A DNA stretch of 64,000 bases from Mobula hypostoma (taxonomy: Eukaryota): positions 166,472,001-166,536,000 of the forward strand of contig NC_086097.1 of assembly GCF_963921235.1 (NCBI RefSeq), given 5' to 3'. This document shows, one piece after another, positions 34,676-48,370 of the stretch (its first letter is position 1; the number at the start of each line of letters is the position of its first letter). The notes beneath the pieces were generated by a model. It ran no database searches, was not told where the DNA came from, and saw nothing but the letters and a program-made list of their open reading frames with translations. A program made the translations under genes and the position numbers.

Positions 34676-35754
34676 AACATGTCTTTACGAAGAGACATGG
34701 AATGTTAAAGAGGTTGGCATATATTTAAGTGGATAAATCCATTGAGTGTGACAGGATATGTGCAAGGATACCGTAGGAAGCAAAAGAGGTCTGATCAAAA
34801 TTGGTAAATCTTTGGATGATGAACCAAAATGCTGCAGGACATTGGATGGGCAAATATTGTTCCTTATTCAAAATGTGCAGTAAGAATAAGCCAGAGACCC
34901 TTACATCAATAGTAAAGAAGTTGCTAAAGGACAGAATATGTTTTCATTTGGAAAGTCAGAGGCTGATTAGGGTGAGTCACAAGGGATGTATTTCAGGAGT
35001 TATAGGGTAGAGGTAAAAGCCAGTTAATGTAAATGCTAATACCCAACAGACAGTAGATGCTGTAATCTGGAGTGACATAATGTGCTGGAGGAACTCAATG
35101 GGTCAGGAGCATGTATGGAAGTGAGTGCTTAGATAAAGGTATTGGCCTGAAATGAGCAATGAAAACCAGTCTTCAGGAATTAAGAATGGTTCACAATTTA
35201 ACTTCAACTGATTAGGATTAGGATTTGGGACATTCTACAAGTGAAACTACGCAGGGAAGTGCAGGTGATGAGTGTGCATGCTAATTGGTGGCCCTTAAAG
35301 GCTTCAGGATGAGTTCAGGGAAAGCATTAAGTAGCTATCTCCCATGTTAATGCGTTGTATTAGGCATTCCTCTGCCAGGTAATGCACAGTTCAAGAAAGG
35401 TCTGTTTTGTCACTTAATATTCTGGCATGCTGTATATTCAGGGAGCCATCTCTTAACACTGCAGTAAGGAGATGTATTTTAGGTGTCTGGAGTTTGGTAT
35501 TGGGCCAGTTACCAGCAATGAATGGCCCAAAGAGCTCTGTTGGGTGGAATGTGCTACCATTGTAAATATGTAATTCTGCAAAATTAACTTTCTACATTCA
35601 AAACGTTAAGGTTAAGTGGATAATTATATTCATTGAAGCTAGTTAATTGTTTATTGCTATCTTTGGTTATAAAAAAGTATAACGTATGTGAGAAGGGAAC
35701 TAGATTCTCTCCAGCAGATCTACTAAGTTAAATAAAGACTTTTACGTCTCCAGA

Positions 35755-36778
35755 CATCATATCCATCAGCACAGGTATATCACAGGCTGTGTACTTAGCC
35801 CCCTGCTCTCCTTGCTTTACACTTATCCCTGTGTGGCTGAGCACAGCTCCAATGCTATATTTATATTTGCTGACAACACCACCGTCGTAGGCCAAATCAG
35901 AAGTGGTGATGAATCAGCATATACGAGGAAGATTGAAAATCTGGCTGAGAACAACAACCTCTCAATCAATGTCAGCAAGACCAAGGAGCTGATTATTGGC
36001 TTCAAGAGGAGGAAATCAGAGGTCCATGAGCTAGTCCTCATCCAGGTACAGAAGTAGAGGGGGTCAGCAACTTTCAGCACTGCAGTGCTATTACTTCAGA
36101 GAACCTGTCCTGGGGCCTGTATGCAAGTGTAATTATGAAGAAAGCACAGCAGTGCCTCTACTTCCTTAAGAGTTTGCAAAGACGCAGCATTTAAAATTTT
36201 GACAAACTTCTATAGATGTGTGGTGGAGTGTATATGCCATTGAACGGGAAATCCAACGATAAGTAGTGAATATGGCCCAGTCCATTGTGGGTAAAGCCCT
36301 CCCCATCACTGAGCACATCTACACGGAGCACTGTCACAGATAGCAGCATCCATTATCAGGGAACCCACCATCCAGCTCATTCTCTCTTCTCACTGCTGCC
36401 ATTAGGAAGAAGGTACGAGGCTTCAGGACTTACACCACCAGGCCCGGGAACAGTTACTACTCCTCAGTCGTCAGGCTCCTGAACCAATGGGGATAACTTC
36501 ACTCGCTCTGTCACTGATATGTTCCCACAACATATGGACTTACTTTCAAGGGCTCGTCATTTCAGGTTCTCAATGTTTATTGGTTATTTATTATTATTAT
36601 TATTTATTTTTCTTTCTTTTTGCATTTGCACAATTTGGTGCCTTTTGCATATTGGTTGTCCACCTTGTTGCTGTGGTCTTTTATTAATTCTAATACGGTT
36701 ATTGGATTTATTGAGTATGGTCACAAGAAAATGAATCACAGGGGCTTATATGTACTTTGATAAGAAATTTACTTTAAA
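35755..36778 (+). mobile_element. Rex1/Babar-type LINE 3' half
   Basis: LYTYPCVAEHSSNAIFIFADNTTVVG...NVSKTKELI; Rex-type 3' UTR. Confidence 0.83.
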
Positions 36779-37615
36779 CAATTTTGCTTCTGTGTGGTTC
36801 AGTCATGATGGGCCAAGGGGCCTCATGGTTTTGCCTAACTTGGCTTTCTAAACACAGCAGTTGCCACCTGTAAGATCAAACAATGTAAGTTCAGCTTCCA
36901 ACTATATCCTCTGTTTGGATTCTTATCATAAAAGGAAGCCAGTCTTCAGTTCTTCATATGTAAATGGGAAGCAATAATCAGTTTGAAGTTAAAACACAGT
37001 GTGGCAAACAAGCTCTGTCTATGGAGCAGATTGCCAGCACACAACATCTGTTTTATAGCTGAAGAGAAGCAGTATAAGATGATGGGTTATATAATTTGGC
37101 CTGTTTCAAACAGACAAGCTGGCTAAATTGCTTACTGTAGATCAAGGAGGCTTGCTAACCAGATGTAGCATATCAAATAACTGTTCTACTAATAAGTTGG
37201 GAGTCTTATGTACTCACGGAAGTTGGCTTCACAGCATTAGTTGTGGCTAGGAGAGATCTATGTATTTAAGAAGGTTTTAGACTGTTCGCATAAAAGGGGT
37301 ATCTGAGGAAATACCACTCCTGTGTAAAGTCACCGAAGTGGCAAAGAAACCATAAAGATAGAGACAGTTCAGGCTTATTAGGAATGGGGTAAGGAACGTC
37401 ACGAATGAAACATGGGGTGAACAAGAATCCATTTCTCTGGCTTTGATATCTGCAACAGCTGATTCATTTGTCTGCATTGTTGGTGTGTTATTTTAGAATA
37501 TAGGCATTGTACCTGTGTTTTGGAAATGCTTTATGTTTTAGAAATTGTATGTGTTTATGCAGACGATACCACCCTAATAGCAAGTGCTGCAGAAGACCTA
37601 CAAATCCTCCAAGAC

Positions 37616-38389
37616 CAGGGGTCCCCAACCTTTTTTGCACCGCGGACTGGTTTAATATTGACAATATTCTTGCGGACCGGCCAACCGGGGGTTGGTGGGG
37701 GGGCGGGGTGTTCAAGTAGGGCTAAACTCACCTCAACATGTCTTTTACAGTTAGGTTTGCCAACTTTCTCACTCCCAAATAAGGAACAAAAGCAGCAGTC
37801 AAATCCCGGGACACTTGTTTACCCCGAGAAAGACCACCATGACCATGAAGCCTTGTGCGGGCACTTGTGTGCGCATGTGCGAGTGACGTGCGCATGTGCG
37901 TACGTGCCGATTTTTTTTCCACAAATCGGTTTTGGCTTAACCTTCCCGACTACACTGTACATACATTTCTACTTTATATAGGCTGTATATTTATCATATC
38001 ATTCCTGCTTTTACTATATGTTAATGTTATTTTAGGTTTTATGTGTTATTTGGTATGATTTGTTAGGTTATTTTTCGGGTCTGAGAACGCTCAAAAACTT
38101 TTCCCATATAAATTAATGGTAATTGCTTCTTCGTTTTACGCCATTTCGGCACGAAAGGTTTCATTGGAACGTTCTACCTTAGCAGGGGAAATACGGGACA
38201 AACCAATTTAGCCCAATATACGGGATGTCCCGGCAAATACGGGACAGTTGGCAACCCTATGTTCAAGTTCAACAGTGCGTGACAGGGAATGAGGAGAGGT
38301 GCAGCTGACTCATATCGTTTCCTCGCGGCCTGGTAGCACATGCTTTGCGGCCTGGTACCGGTCCACAGCCCGGTGGTTGGGGACCACTG
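37616..38389. mobile_element. hAT (Charlie-type) non-autonomous element
   Basis: TIRs caggggtccccaacc and ggttggggaccactg; 8-bp TSD tccaagac (37608-37615) and tcctagac (38390-38397). Confidence 0.87.
37717..38259. mobile_element. Nested TAGGG-ended hAT-type element
   Basis: Ends TAGGG...CCCTA with a perfect 8-bp TSD tgttcaag at 37709-37716 and 38260-38267; aaatacgggac subterminal repeats. Confidence 0.78.
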
Positions 38390-39493
38390 TCCTAGACAAA
38401 GTAATACAAACAAGTGCAGATTTTGGTCTAACCATCAAATGTTTAAAAAAACCCAAATGTATGGTAATATCAAAACAGCAGGATACTCCCAACTGCCAAT
38501 TGTACATCAGTAACCAAGAGATTGAACAAATGACCAGCTTTAATCACCTTGGTGGCTTTATATCACAAGATGCTAGAAGTAAAGTAGAAATAAAAAGAAT
38601 TGTCATTGCCAAAACCAACTTCCAAAAAATGAAACCCATTTTTACCAACAGACATCTCTATGACAACAAAGCTGAGGCTACTGAAATGTTACATCTGGTC
38701 AATCTTGCTGTATGCTTCTGAAACATGGACTGTAACACCAGAACTCCAAAGAAACTTAGAAGCAACAGAAACGTGGTTTCTTAGAATGCAGAAAATATCA
38801 TATAGAGATAGGGTAACTAATGAGACAGTACTCCAACATACCCATACAAAAAGATCTTTAATAAGAACATTAAATGAGAGGAAACTTAAATTCCTGGGCC
38901 ATGTCATCAGAAAGGGAGAAATAGAATGCCTTACATTACAAGGCCATATGCCTGGGAAACACGGAAGAGGAAGACAAAGAAGAAAATTATGGACACTGTG
39001 AAAGAACTAACAGATCAAAGTGTGCGAGATATCATTGACGCTGCGAGTGATCTTTTGATGTGGAGAGCTATGATCGCCCAAGCATGTAACACGCAAGGCA
39101 CATGAAGAAGATGATGTGTTTAGGAAATGGTTTGTGTTTTGGAAATAGTTTATAAGATAGAGATCCTTTGTGAGTTTTAAATGTGTTATAAGAATATGGT
39201 TTGGGTTTAAACATACTGTATATCACTGAACATAACTGAACTGTGTTTTAAACTACTTTTTAGCTGAAGTATCTTCCCCTTGATAGGGAGAGGGGACCCA
39301 CCACTCAAATAGCAGGTATTAGCAGCTAAACTCACCCTGGAGAATAAACAGGGAAGGGAACTAGACTTTGAAGATAGGGTAGTTACAGAATAATCTCCCT
39401 TTAGTGAGAGTACTCTTGGCTATTTATATCCGATAGGACTTAAAGTCCTCATTTGAATTTAGAACTTCACGGTCAGCAAACCTTATATATTGT

Positions 39494-40750
39494 ACAGTCA
39501 ACATAGATTTGTGCGTGGAAGGTTATGTTTGACAAATCTTATTGAATTTTTTGATGAGGTTACTAAGAAAGTTGACAAGGGCAAAACGATGGATGTTGTC
39601 TATATGGACTTCAGTAAGGCCTTTGACAAGGTTCCACACGGAAGGTTGGTTAGGAAGGTTCAATCGTTAGGCATTAATATGGAAGTAGTAAAATGGATTC
39701 AGCAGTGGCTAGATGGGAGACGCCAGAGAGTAGTGGTGGATAACTGTGTCAGATTGGAGACGGTGTGTAGCGGTGTGCCTCAGGGATCTGTACTGGGTCC
39801 AATGTTGTTTGTAATATATATTAATGATCTGGATGATGGGGTGGTAAATTGGATGAGTAAGTATGCAGATGATACTAAGATAGGTGGAGTTGTGGATGAA
39901 GAGGTAGGTTTTCAAAACTTGCAGAGAGATTTAGAACAGTTAGAAGAGTGGGCTGCAAGATGGCAGATGGAGTTTAATGCTGAAAAATGTGAGGTGCTAC
40001 ATTTTGGTAGAACTAATCAAAATAGGACATACATGGTAAATGGTAGGGCATTGAAGAATACTGTAGAACAGAGGGATCTAGGAATAATGGTGCATAGTTC
40101 TCTGAAGATGGAATCTCATGTGGATAGGGTAGTGAAGAAAGCTTTTGGTTTACTGGCCTTTATTAATCAGAGCATTGAGTATTAATAAGGCCAAACCTGG
40201 AGTATTGTGTACAGTTCTGGCCACCCAATTATAGGAAAGATGTCAATAAAATTGAGAGAGTACAGAGGAGGTTTACTAAAATGTTGCCTGGGTTTCATCT
40301 CCTAAGTTACAGAGAAAGGTTGAACAAGTTAGGTCTTTATTCTTTGGAGCGTAGAAGGTTGAGGGGGGACTTGATAGAGGTGTTTAAAATTATGAGGGGG
40401 ATTGATACAGTTGACGTGGTTAGACTTCTTCCATTGAGAGTGGGGAAGATTCAAAGAGGACATGGGTAGAGAGTTAGAGGACAAAAGTTTAGGAGTAACA
40501 TGAGGGGGAACTTCTTTACTCAGAGAGTGGTAGCTGTGCGGAATGAGCTTCCAGCAGAAGTGGTTGAGGCAGGTCCTATGTTGTCGTTTAAAGTTAAATT
40601 GGATAGATATATGGACAGGAAAGGAATGGAGGGTTATGAGCTGAGTGCAGGTCGGTGGGACTAGGATAGGGCAAGAGTTCAGCACGGACTAGAAAGGCCG
40701 AGATGGCCTGTTTCCGTGCTGTAATTGTTGTATGGTTATACAGTTATACA
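39494..40750 (+). mobile_element. CR1 LINE, 5' truncated, same subfamily as 25383-26857
   Basis: ORF 39490-40185 with DFSKAFDKVPH, GVPQGSVLGP and YADD; near-identical 3' UTR. Confidence 0.93.
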
Positions 40751-41520
40751 GTTCAGTAAATCACAACAGATGCTGCCTGACCAGCTGAGTTTCTCCAGAA
40801 CTTTGTGTGTTCATGCATATAGGAACCTATCCATTGTGCAACACTCATTGATACTTTAGGAACGTTGAAACTAGACACAGGATGTGGGACATTGTGTTTG
40901 CATCATTGTAACTGCACAGGGTGAATCAGTAAATGCCTGGATCTGCAGGGAGCAAACTGCAACAAGTAAAACATGCACTGTCATCATCTAACTCCTTACA
41001 ACCTCCTACCTTATTGTTTACCTGCACTGCACTTGCTCTGTAGTTGTTACATTTAATTCTGCATTGTTGTTTTACCTTGTTCTACCACCATGCACTGTGT
41101 ATTGATTTTATCTGTGCAAGTATGCAAGATAACCTTATCACTGCACTGCAGTACGAGCAACAAATATCAACCAATTCCAATTCCAATGCCAGCAAATGTT
41201 AATACTAATTGATCCTTGTTGAAACCCTCAGGTGAGATCAGGGAAGAGGCTTTCTGTATAAATATGTAATTAAAGACACGTCCCTGCTAGTTAACACATA
41301 ATTCAAGACATTTGTATATTCAATGTTGTTGTAAGAGGTGGATGCGTTGTGGAACCTATTGTCCAGGGCTGCATCTTAAATTTAATCTACGGTCCATGTT
41401 CAGGTCTAAAGATTGGTTGCTGAAGTTAATATTTTGCTATAAAACTTAACTCCAGAATACTCTCTAACAGTCCCTCCGCTTGGCCCTCCTGAACAAAAAT
41501 AAATTTGTACCAGGAGTTCC

Positions 41521-41865
41521 TTGTTATGTCTCCCCTCTCACTGTGAAATGGAGACATCTCTTTTTCCCTATTAAAGAGAGAGCCTGTGGTATGTCAAATA
41601 CAGGGTGAATGAGTAATCTTTGGGGGACTACAAGTCTGTCTTATTGATGCTTTGCTTCATACTTGAGTGCTTGGTGGGGGGAGGTCATTGCCTTGCTACT
41701 GCTTATGCGTGGGAGGGGGCTGGGGGGCTTTGGGGTTCTAATATTTAACTGACATTCATCCTTTGGGGTTCTGTTTTCATGGATGTTCGCAAAGAAAAAG
41801 AATTTCAGGGTTTATATTATATACAGTTCTCTGACATTAAATATACCTATTGAAACCTATTGAAA
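41521..41865 (+). mobile_element. 5' truncated copy of the non-coding retroposon at 23025-25010
   Basis: ttgttatgtctcccctctcactgtgaaatgg...ctctgacattaaa, with (cctattgaaa)x2 tail. Confidence 0.62.
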
Positions 41866-43027
41866 AGCCAACCTTAAGGAGAATCTACTCAAATAGGTCA
41901 ACAAAAATGCCCTGCCTTGGATCCCCCCTCATTACTCTGTGCATTTACATCTACATGATCATCACTAATAGCTACCTACAAGGCATTACACAGAGAGATT
42001 GTTCCAGAAGTTTGACCAACTGTCTTTAAAATGCATTGTTGTCATTCATATACCTGTTGTCTCTTTCCCTGCCGGGCAAATGCAGTTTAATCACATTCTT
42101 CACCCCTTCATTCTCTGACAGTTAAAGATCTATAGTGGCTACTAGTAGTAACTCTTTCTTTCCAGGGGCACCAGCAAGGTAAACATATCAGGTTCACTGG
42201 CCCTCACATCGATGTACAAGCGGGGTTGGGGTGGTCTCTATTAGTGTGGCTGCAAGGATCTCACCCTGCTGGCATCCACTTCTGAACTGTAGTCGATCAC
42301 CACCACGCCGAGTCTGCACACAGACACAAGTGTCATTTGTTAAAGTACCACCTGTGATCATATCCATCTGGGAGCAAACCCTGCCTTTTCAGGCAGCACC
42401 CTCACCATGACTTGGTCACCTGGCTGTGGGAGGTCTACCTCCTTTCTCTCGGGCTCTCTCTCTGACCAGCAATCTGTCATTCAATTCCTCTGTGTTACCC
42501 TGGTTACTGTGGTCCTTCACATCTCCATGTAATCTTACTAAATTAGCATTTGTAGTTTCTTTCTGTACACTTGCAATTTCTGTTCTTCCACTGCCCTCCT
42601 CGCACTAAAGACTGCCCACTTGTTCCCTTTCCGCTGAGCCTTTACTTTAATCATTGCTCCCTCCTCAGGTAACTGCACTAATTCAAGCAGCTCCTGACTG
42701 CGCTTGGCCTCTCTCCTTGGGACCCCCTGATATGATTCCCACACATCGCCCTGTCTCTCCTCCCTGTTAGAGCCTGCTGTCTCTCTGTGGGCCATGTTAG
42801 ATGTTTTGTGGGTCACACATGTTCACTGTCCCTGTCTTGTCCATGTTATTTCTCCTTTCCCTGAGTCTGTGATAGCACCTGCCTTACTCAGTGTGTCTAT
42901 CCTCAGGTTAGTACTTTCATTACCCAAAAATCTACAGGAAGTTGAACTCCCTCAATCTTGAGTATCTTGTATTGACTTCTCTTGCCCTTTTTTTTTTCAC
43001 CTCCTGCACTGGTAACCTAAATTGCCT

Positions 43028-43395
43028 CTACAGATCAGTTATCGATACTGACGACTCCGTGTCCATTAACGTTTCACATTGCTGCCCCCCTAATAAACCT
43101 CTTGTGTATATCCATGGATGACCACCACTGTCAACAGAGGCTGTCATCAGCCATTTGTCTGACCTCACCAGCTCTATAATCTGGTCGGCAGTCAAATCAG
43201 AAAGGAAGGGCACTGCTGTGGATTCTGCCTGCTTTAGTGAGTGATTTTAAAACTTTCCTGTTTCTAGGACATTGCCTCTAACCATGGCCTGAGAGGCCAC
43301 AGCTGTAACAAATCATCTCCTTTATTCCCCCATGTCTATTCCAGCAGTTCCTTGCTATGTGCCCCAGCTACTGACCCACAAAGCAAGTTCTCTGA
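43028..43395 (-). mobile_element. Old LTR-retroelement gag-protease remnant (element probably spans about 41350-43900)
   Basis: One frame reads RTCFVGQ*LGHIARNCW...EMICYSCGLSGHG*RQCP (two CCHC knuckles), followed by the retropepsin-like CETLMDTESSVSI. Confidence 0.7.
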
Positions 43396-44035
43396 TGTCA
43401 TAGTAGCTACATTCGCTACAGCCATGTTACAACTTGGCTTCCTTCTCCTCTAGTCCATTTCACTGGCCCATGATACTTTTCCCAAATCTAAAACTTCCTA
43501 GTGAGTGAGTTCAGGTCTTCCTTCAGCATTTTCAGGAAGACTGAGTCATTCCTCCCTGGATTATCCATCCATGAATACTCCTCATGCACTCAGTATTTAT
43601 GGTCTGCAGGCTCATCAGCTCTCTAAACCACTGACATTATTGTTCCCAAGTTACTCTCGCCTCACCACAGTCGCTGCCTCACTTCCCTTTTAAAGAAGTC
43701 ATATCTCTCTTCATTGCTTACATTCCCAGTAGCTGCCCATGTATAACCAGCACTCCCTGGACCATACTGTCCCACATTCACTTATACCAGCACATGTATA
43801 TCTTTGGGGTGCATCTGGTGAATTTCAACCATTTCCTAGAGCTTGCATCAGAATTTCCGCATTCCTGCAGGCAACCTCAAGAGAGGGCAACTCTGACAAA
43901 ATGCTCTGCTTTTCCCGACGGTGAAGGGCTTATGGATTGGTGTAAACAAAGTTAAAGGCCTGCTCGGGTCATCAGGGTTCTTGTCCTGATGTTGCTTGAC
44001 CTCAGACAGTGCCATCCCGACAGATGGTGCTATGC

Positions 44036-45300
44036 TGCTGATCTATTGCCACAGTAGGTCAATGGCAAACGCAATCTCAATGGCTCTCCACACGGCCTTA
44101 GACCACCTGGACAACACAAACACCTATGTCAGAATGCGGTTCATTGACTATAGCACAGCATTTAACACCATCATTCTCACAATTCTCATTGAGAAGTGCA
44201 GAACCTGGGCTTCTGTACCACCTTTTGCAAATAGATCCTTGACTTCCTAACTGGAAGACCACAACCTGTGCGGATTGGTGATAACGTATCCTCCTCATTG
44301 ACAATCAACACTGCTGCACCTCGGGTGTGTGCTTAGCCCACTGCTCTACTCTCTATACCCATGACTGTGTGGCTAGGAATAGCTCAAATACTACCTATGA
44401 GTTTGCTGAGGATACAACCACTGTTGGTAGAATCTCAGATGGAGACGAGAGGGCGTACAGGAGTGAGATATGCCAACTGGTGGAGTGCTGTCACAGCAAC
44501 AACCTTGCACTCAACGTCAGTGAGATGAAAGAGCTGATTGTGGACTTCAGGAAGGGTAAGACAAAGGAGCACATACCAATCCTCATAGAGGGATCAGAAG
44601 TGGAGAGTGTGAGCAGTTTCAAGTTCCTGGGTGTCAAGATCTCTGAGGATCTAACCTAGTCCCAACATATTGATGCAGTTATAAAGAAGGCAAGATAGCG
44701 TCTATAGTTCATTAGGAGTTTGAAGAGATTTGGAATGTCAACAAATACACTCAAACTTCTATAGTTGTACTGTGGAGAGCATTCTGACAGGCTGCATCAC
44801 TGTCTGGTATGGGGGGACTACAGCACAGGACCAGAAGAAGCTGCAGAGGGTTGTAAATTTAGTCAGCTCCATTCTGGGTACTAGCCTACAAAGTACGCAG
44901 GACATCTTCAAGGAGCGGTGTCTCAGAAAGGCAGTGTCCATTATTAAGGACCTCCAGCACCTAGGGCATGCCCTTTTTTCACTGTTACCATCAGGTAGGA
45001 GGTACAGAAGCCTGAAGGCACCCACTTAGCAATTCAGGAACAGCTTCTTCCCCTCTGCCATCCGATTCCTAAATGGACATTGAACCTGTGAACACTACTG
45101 CGCTTTTTAAATATACAGTATATTACTTCTGCTTTTTGCATGATTTTTATCTATTCAATTACATATACTGTAATTGATTTACTTATTTCTCATTATTTTA
45201 TTTTTTTCTTCTATATTATGTATTGCATTGAACTGCTGCTGCTAAGTTAACAAATTTCACGACACATGCCAGTGATAATAAACCTGATTCTGATTCTGAT
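44036..45300 (+). mobile_element. Rex1/Babar-type LINE, same subfamily as 4672-6090
   Basis: [37 protein letters not shown]; (ttctga)n tail at about 45283-45299. Confidence 0.9.
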
Positions 45301-45719
45301 ATCTGGGGATAACCTCTCCCTTAAAATCTCCACACTAATTCCCACATTTTGTAAAATATAAATAATGGATAAAAATTAAACAAAACACAGTTTAAACTGC
45401 AATGTACTTTGCAAGCTGCCACTTGTGAGTCTGAACTCATAATGCCTGTTGTATTCCTTGTATCTAACTGTTACATCAAAGTTACAGATGTATTGTTAAA
45501 ACATGCACACACTTGCAGAAGCATATACTAAAATACAGTTCCCGGAATGAGTATGAACGCCCCACTCGCATCCCGAACCTAAATGGCCAAGCTTCGCAAC
45601 TAGTGGTCCCGTCTCAACAAATTAACACACAAACTTTAGTCTCTTACCTAAACACACCGGCACACGCACACTCCACACTCTGTGCTAAATGAGGGCTATA
45701 TAGTAGAATGGCCTTCATT

Positions 45720-45852
45720 TTCAGTCCTGAAAAGTGTCTCAGCCCGAAATATCAACTGTTTATTATTTTCCATACATGCTGCCTAACTTGCTGAGTTCCT
45801 CCAGCATTTTGTGTTGCTTTGGATTTTCAGTATCTGCAGAATCCCTTGTGTT
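45720..45852 (+). mobile_element. Penelope-like 3' fragment
   Basis: cagtcctgaaaagtgtctcagcccgaaatatcaactg...gagttcctccagcattttgtg...tctgcaga. Confidence 0.7.
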
Positions 45853-48370
45853 TATATGATCCTTGCTTTATGAATTGTGCTCTATTTGAGTTGAATGATA
45901 GCAAAAAAATGCTTTGGGATGTGCTCAGCACCTTTCAGAATCAGGTTATTCATGAGCTGGTTTATTGTCACTGTCTTATATGACGTGAAAGTTGTTGTTT
46001 TGTCGCAACAGTGGAGTGCAGGTTCATAAAATTACCAAAAAAATTAAAATTAAATAGAGCAAAAATAGGAATAAAGAGTTCATAGAGTAATGTTCATCTG
46101 AAGATTCACTTTCTCTGCACCCCACTACCCTCTGCTTTACTATAGGAGAGGCCAGACAACATTGGATAATATCTAAAAAGCTGTTATATTAATTTTGTCA
46201 TGGTTTGAAGCTTATTATTTGTGCCACTATAAGGTAGTCTCTGTCAGTGATTCAATAATTTTCAATGGAAAAGAAACGGCAAAATGCTTTATTAAGAGAT
46301 GGAAAAATTATTAATATTGGAAAGTGATAGCAGTTATTCCATTCATAGCCACGGGGTAGTGTAGGCTCAACCAAATTTAATTGGATGCCACTTACTGGGG
46401 TGGCCGAGTGGTGTAGGAGAGAATACTACTGTCAAAATGCTCCAGCAGCCTGGATCCATTCTCAGTCTCTGATGCTGTTTGTGTAGAGTTTGTACACATG
46501 GTTTTTACCTGGGTGCTCCTATTCTAAAGACATGCAGTCTGGTAGATTTAATAACAATCATCAATTACCCTTGTATAGGTTGGTGAAAGATGAATCCGGG
46601 TGGAGTTAATGGGCTGGTGAGAGACGTTAAGTTATAGGAAAATATGTGGGGGAATAAGATAGATGAATTTGTGCTGAAGGCTTGAGTGGACTTAGTGTAA
46701 CAAGTGACCTCCTGTGTTGTGAGAAATTAGAATATTAGCAGTTCTGTGAAAGAAAATATTTAAAACTTTGATATCATCCCCTCACAACAATGCTCCATTT
46801 CAAACTCTGGTTTAATTCTGCTGCATAATTACTCATGTTTTATAGTCAAATATGTCAGCTTACGGAAAAGAAAGTCCCATAAACAGTATAGGAATTGCAG
46901 ACAACCCAGTGTGTTAAAATCATGAATGGGCATGCATATACCAGAGGATAACAAACACTTACATGAACTCTAGTGGATAGAATGCCTAGCTGTTGGGATT
47001 TGCTTGTGAAAAGCCTTAGCTGCTAACACTAACTCAAATGAGTCAATGGATATGACCACATTGTAACATCATCAGGAGGTAAATGGGAAATAGTCCAGTT
47101 ACAGCTCCAGGTACACAGGTTTGATCCTGACTTTAGGTGCAGCCTGCGGGTGCTTTGCACATTCTCCACAAGATTCTTCGCACTTCCTCATTGTGATGCC
47201 AAAGATGAGCTTATAGGTCAGGTGTGGGTGTGGGGGGCAAACCTTTTGGAGAATGTGCCCAATTAGCGATAATCTAAAAAATTCTCTCATGTCATGATAA
47301 TTTTTAGTGGAGATGATCATTAATGAAGTAGTAACAACAATAATGGACTTTTAAAGGAAAAAGGATGAGTCCTGTTGCTTGGGTGTATTCATTGTTTTCC
47401 TATTAATAAAGGTATAACAGAGACAGATTGAAATGAACAAAACAATTTTAAAAACTTGTTAAAAAATCATCAGTATTAATCTTTTAAAAAAACAATTGAA
47501 TAATGACATCACTCCTAAACTGTAACTGTTTGTTATCTAAATACCGTTGTGGTCTGCAAGAATTTTAAAACGTATCATCCAATGCCACATGTTCTTGTAA
47601 CCGATGGCTGGTGACAAGTCGGCGTGAGTAATTTCCTGTGAAAACATCTCTCTGCTTCTGGGTTGTGAATAGTCAATCACTGCTTCATTTGGCAGTAAAG
47701 GTAATCATTATGTATCATTTTATTATGGGTGAGGTTAAAAGAATCGATCAGAGCACAGCATGCCGCATACCAACAAAAATATTTTTGCTGCCCCTTTGCA
47801 GAATAATTAGATTTTGTACATTGCTCTTTAAGTTAATGGCAGAAAGAATCAAAGGGGAGCTGATGGATAAGTGTAAGAGACAATCCTCCGCAAGGGTGGG
47901 TATGGGAGAAATAGGATTGCTTCCCAGGAGCCAATGAGCCAAATTCCTGTCTTCTGTGTCATTAGAACTATAAATTCATATTTATATAATCAATGTAGCA
48001 GGGAGGAGCTTGGATGGGAAACTGGAAAACTGCCAATCCCTCATTTTATGCTAAAATGTGAGATAGGATTTTTCAAAGAAAACAGGACATTATCCAGTAA
48101 CAGCCATATCAGATTAGTTCAAGTTCACCATTTAACTCTTTGTTCAAGGAAGAGTGGTAGACATGGGGTGTGGCTGCAGTTGGAGAGTTGTGGAAGGTCT
48201 CAGATTTTTAAAAACTTGATTCATATGCCATCCCAGTAGTGTCACTGATTCCAGAAGAATTCATTTGCGTCAGTGGAATCAATGGGCACATTCCAGGTGG
48301 GAAAAAAATATCCACACTGATTATTTATTATTTGTTTTTTGTATTTGTACAGTTTGTCTTTTGTACATTT

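Larger units (their letters stand above)
37550..39112 (+). mobile_element. RTE-clade LINE 3' part, split by a hAT element
   Basis: YADDTTLIA..EDLQIL continues after the insertion as LDKVIQTSADFGLTI. Also KLRLLKCYIWSILLYASETWT...WFLRM...DRVTNE...FLGHVIR, and a gaagaagatgat tail. Confidence 0.87.

Noticed and set aside
46395..47230. Degenerate SINE-like stretches at about 46395-46720 and 47095-47230
   Set aside because: Too decayed to give boundaries or a family with confidence.
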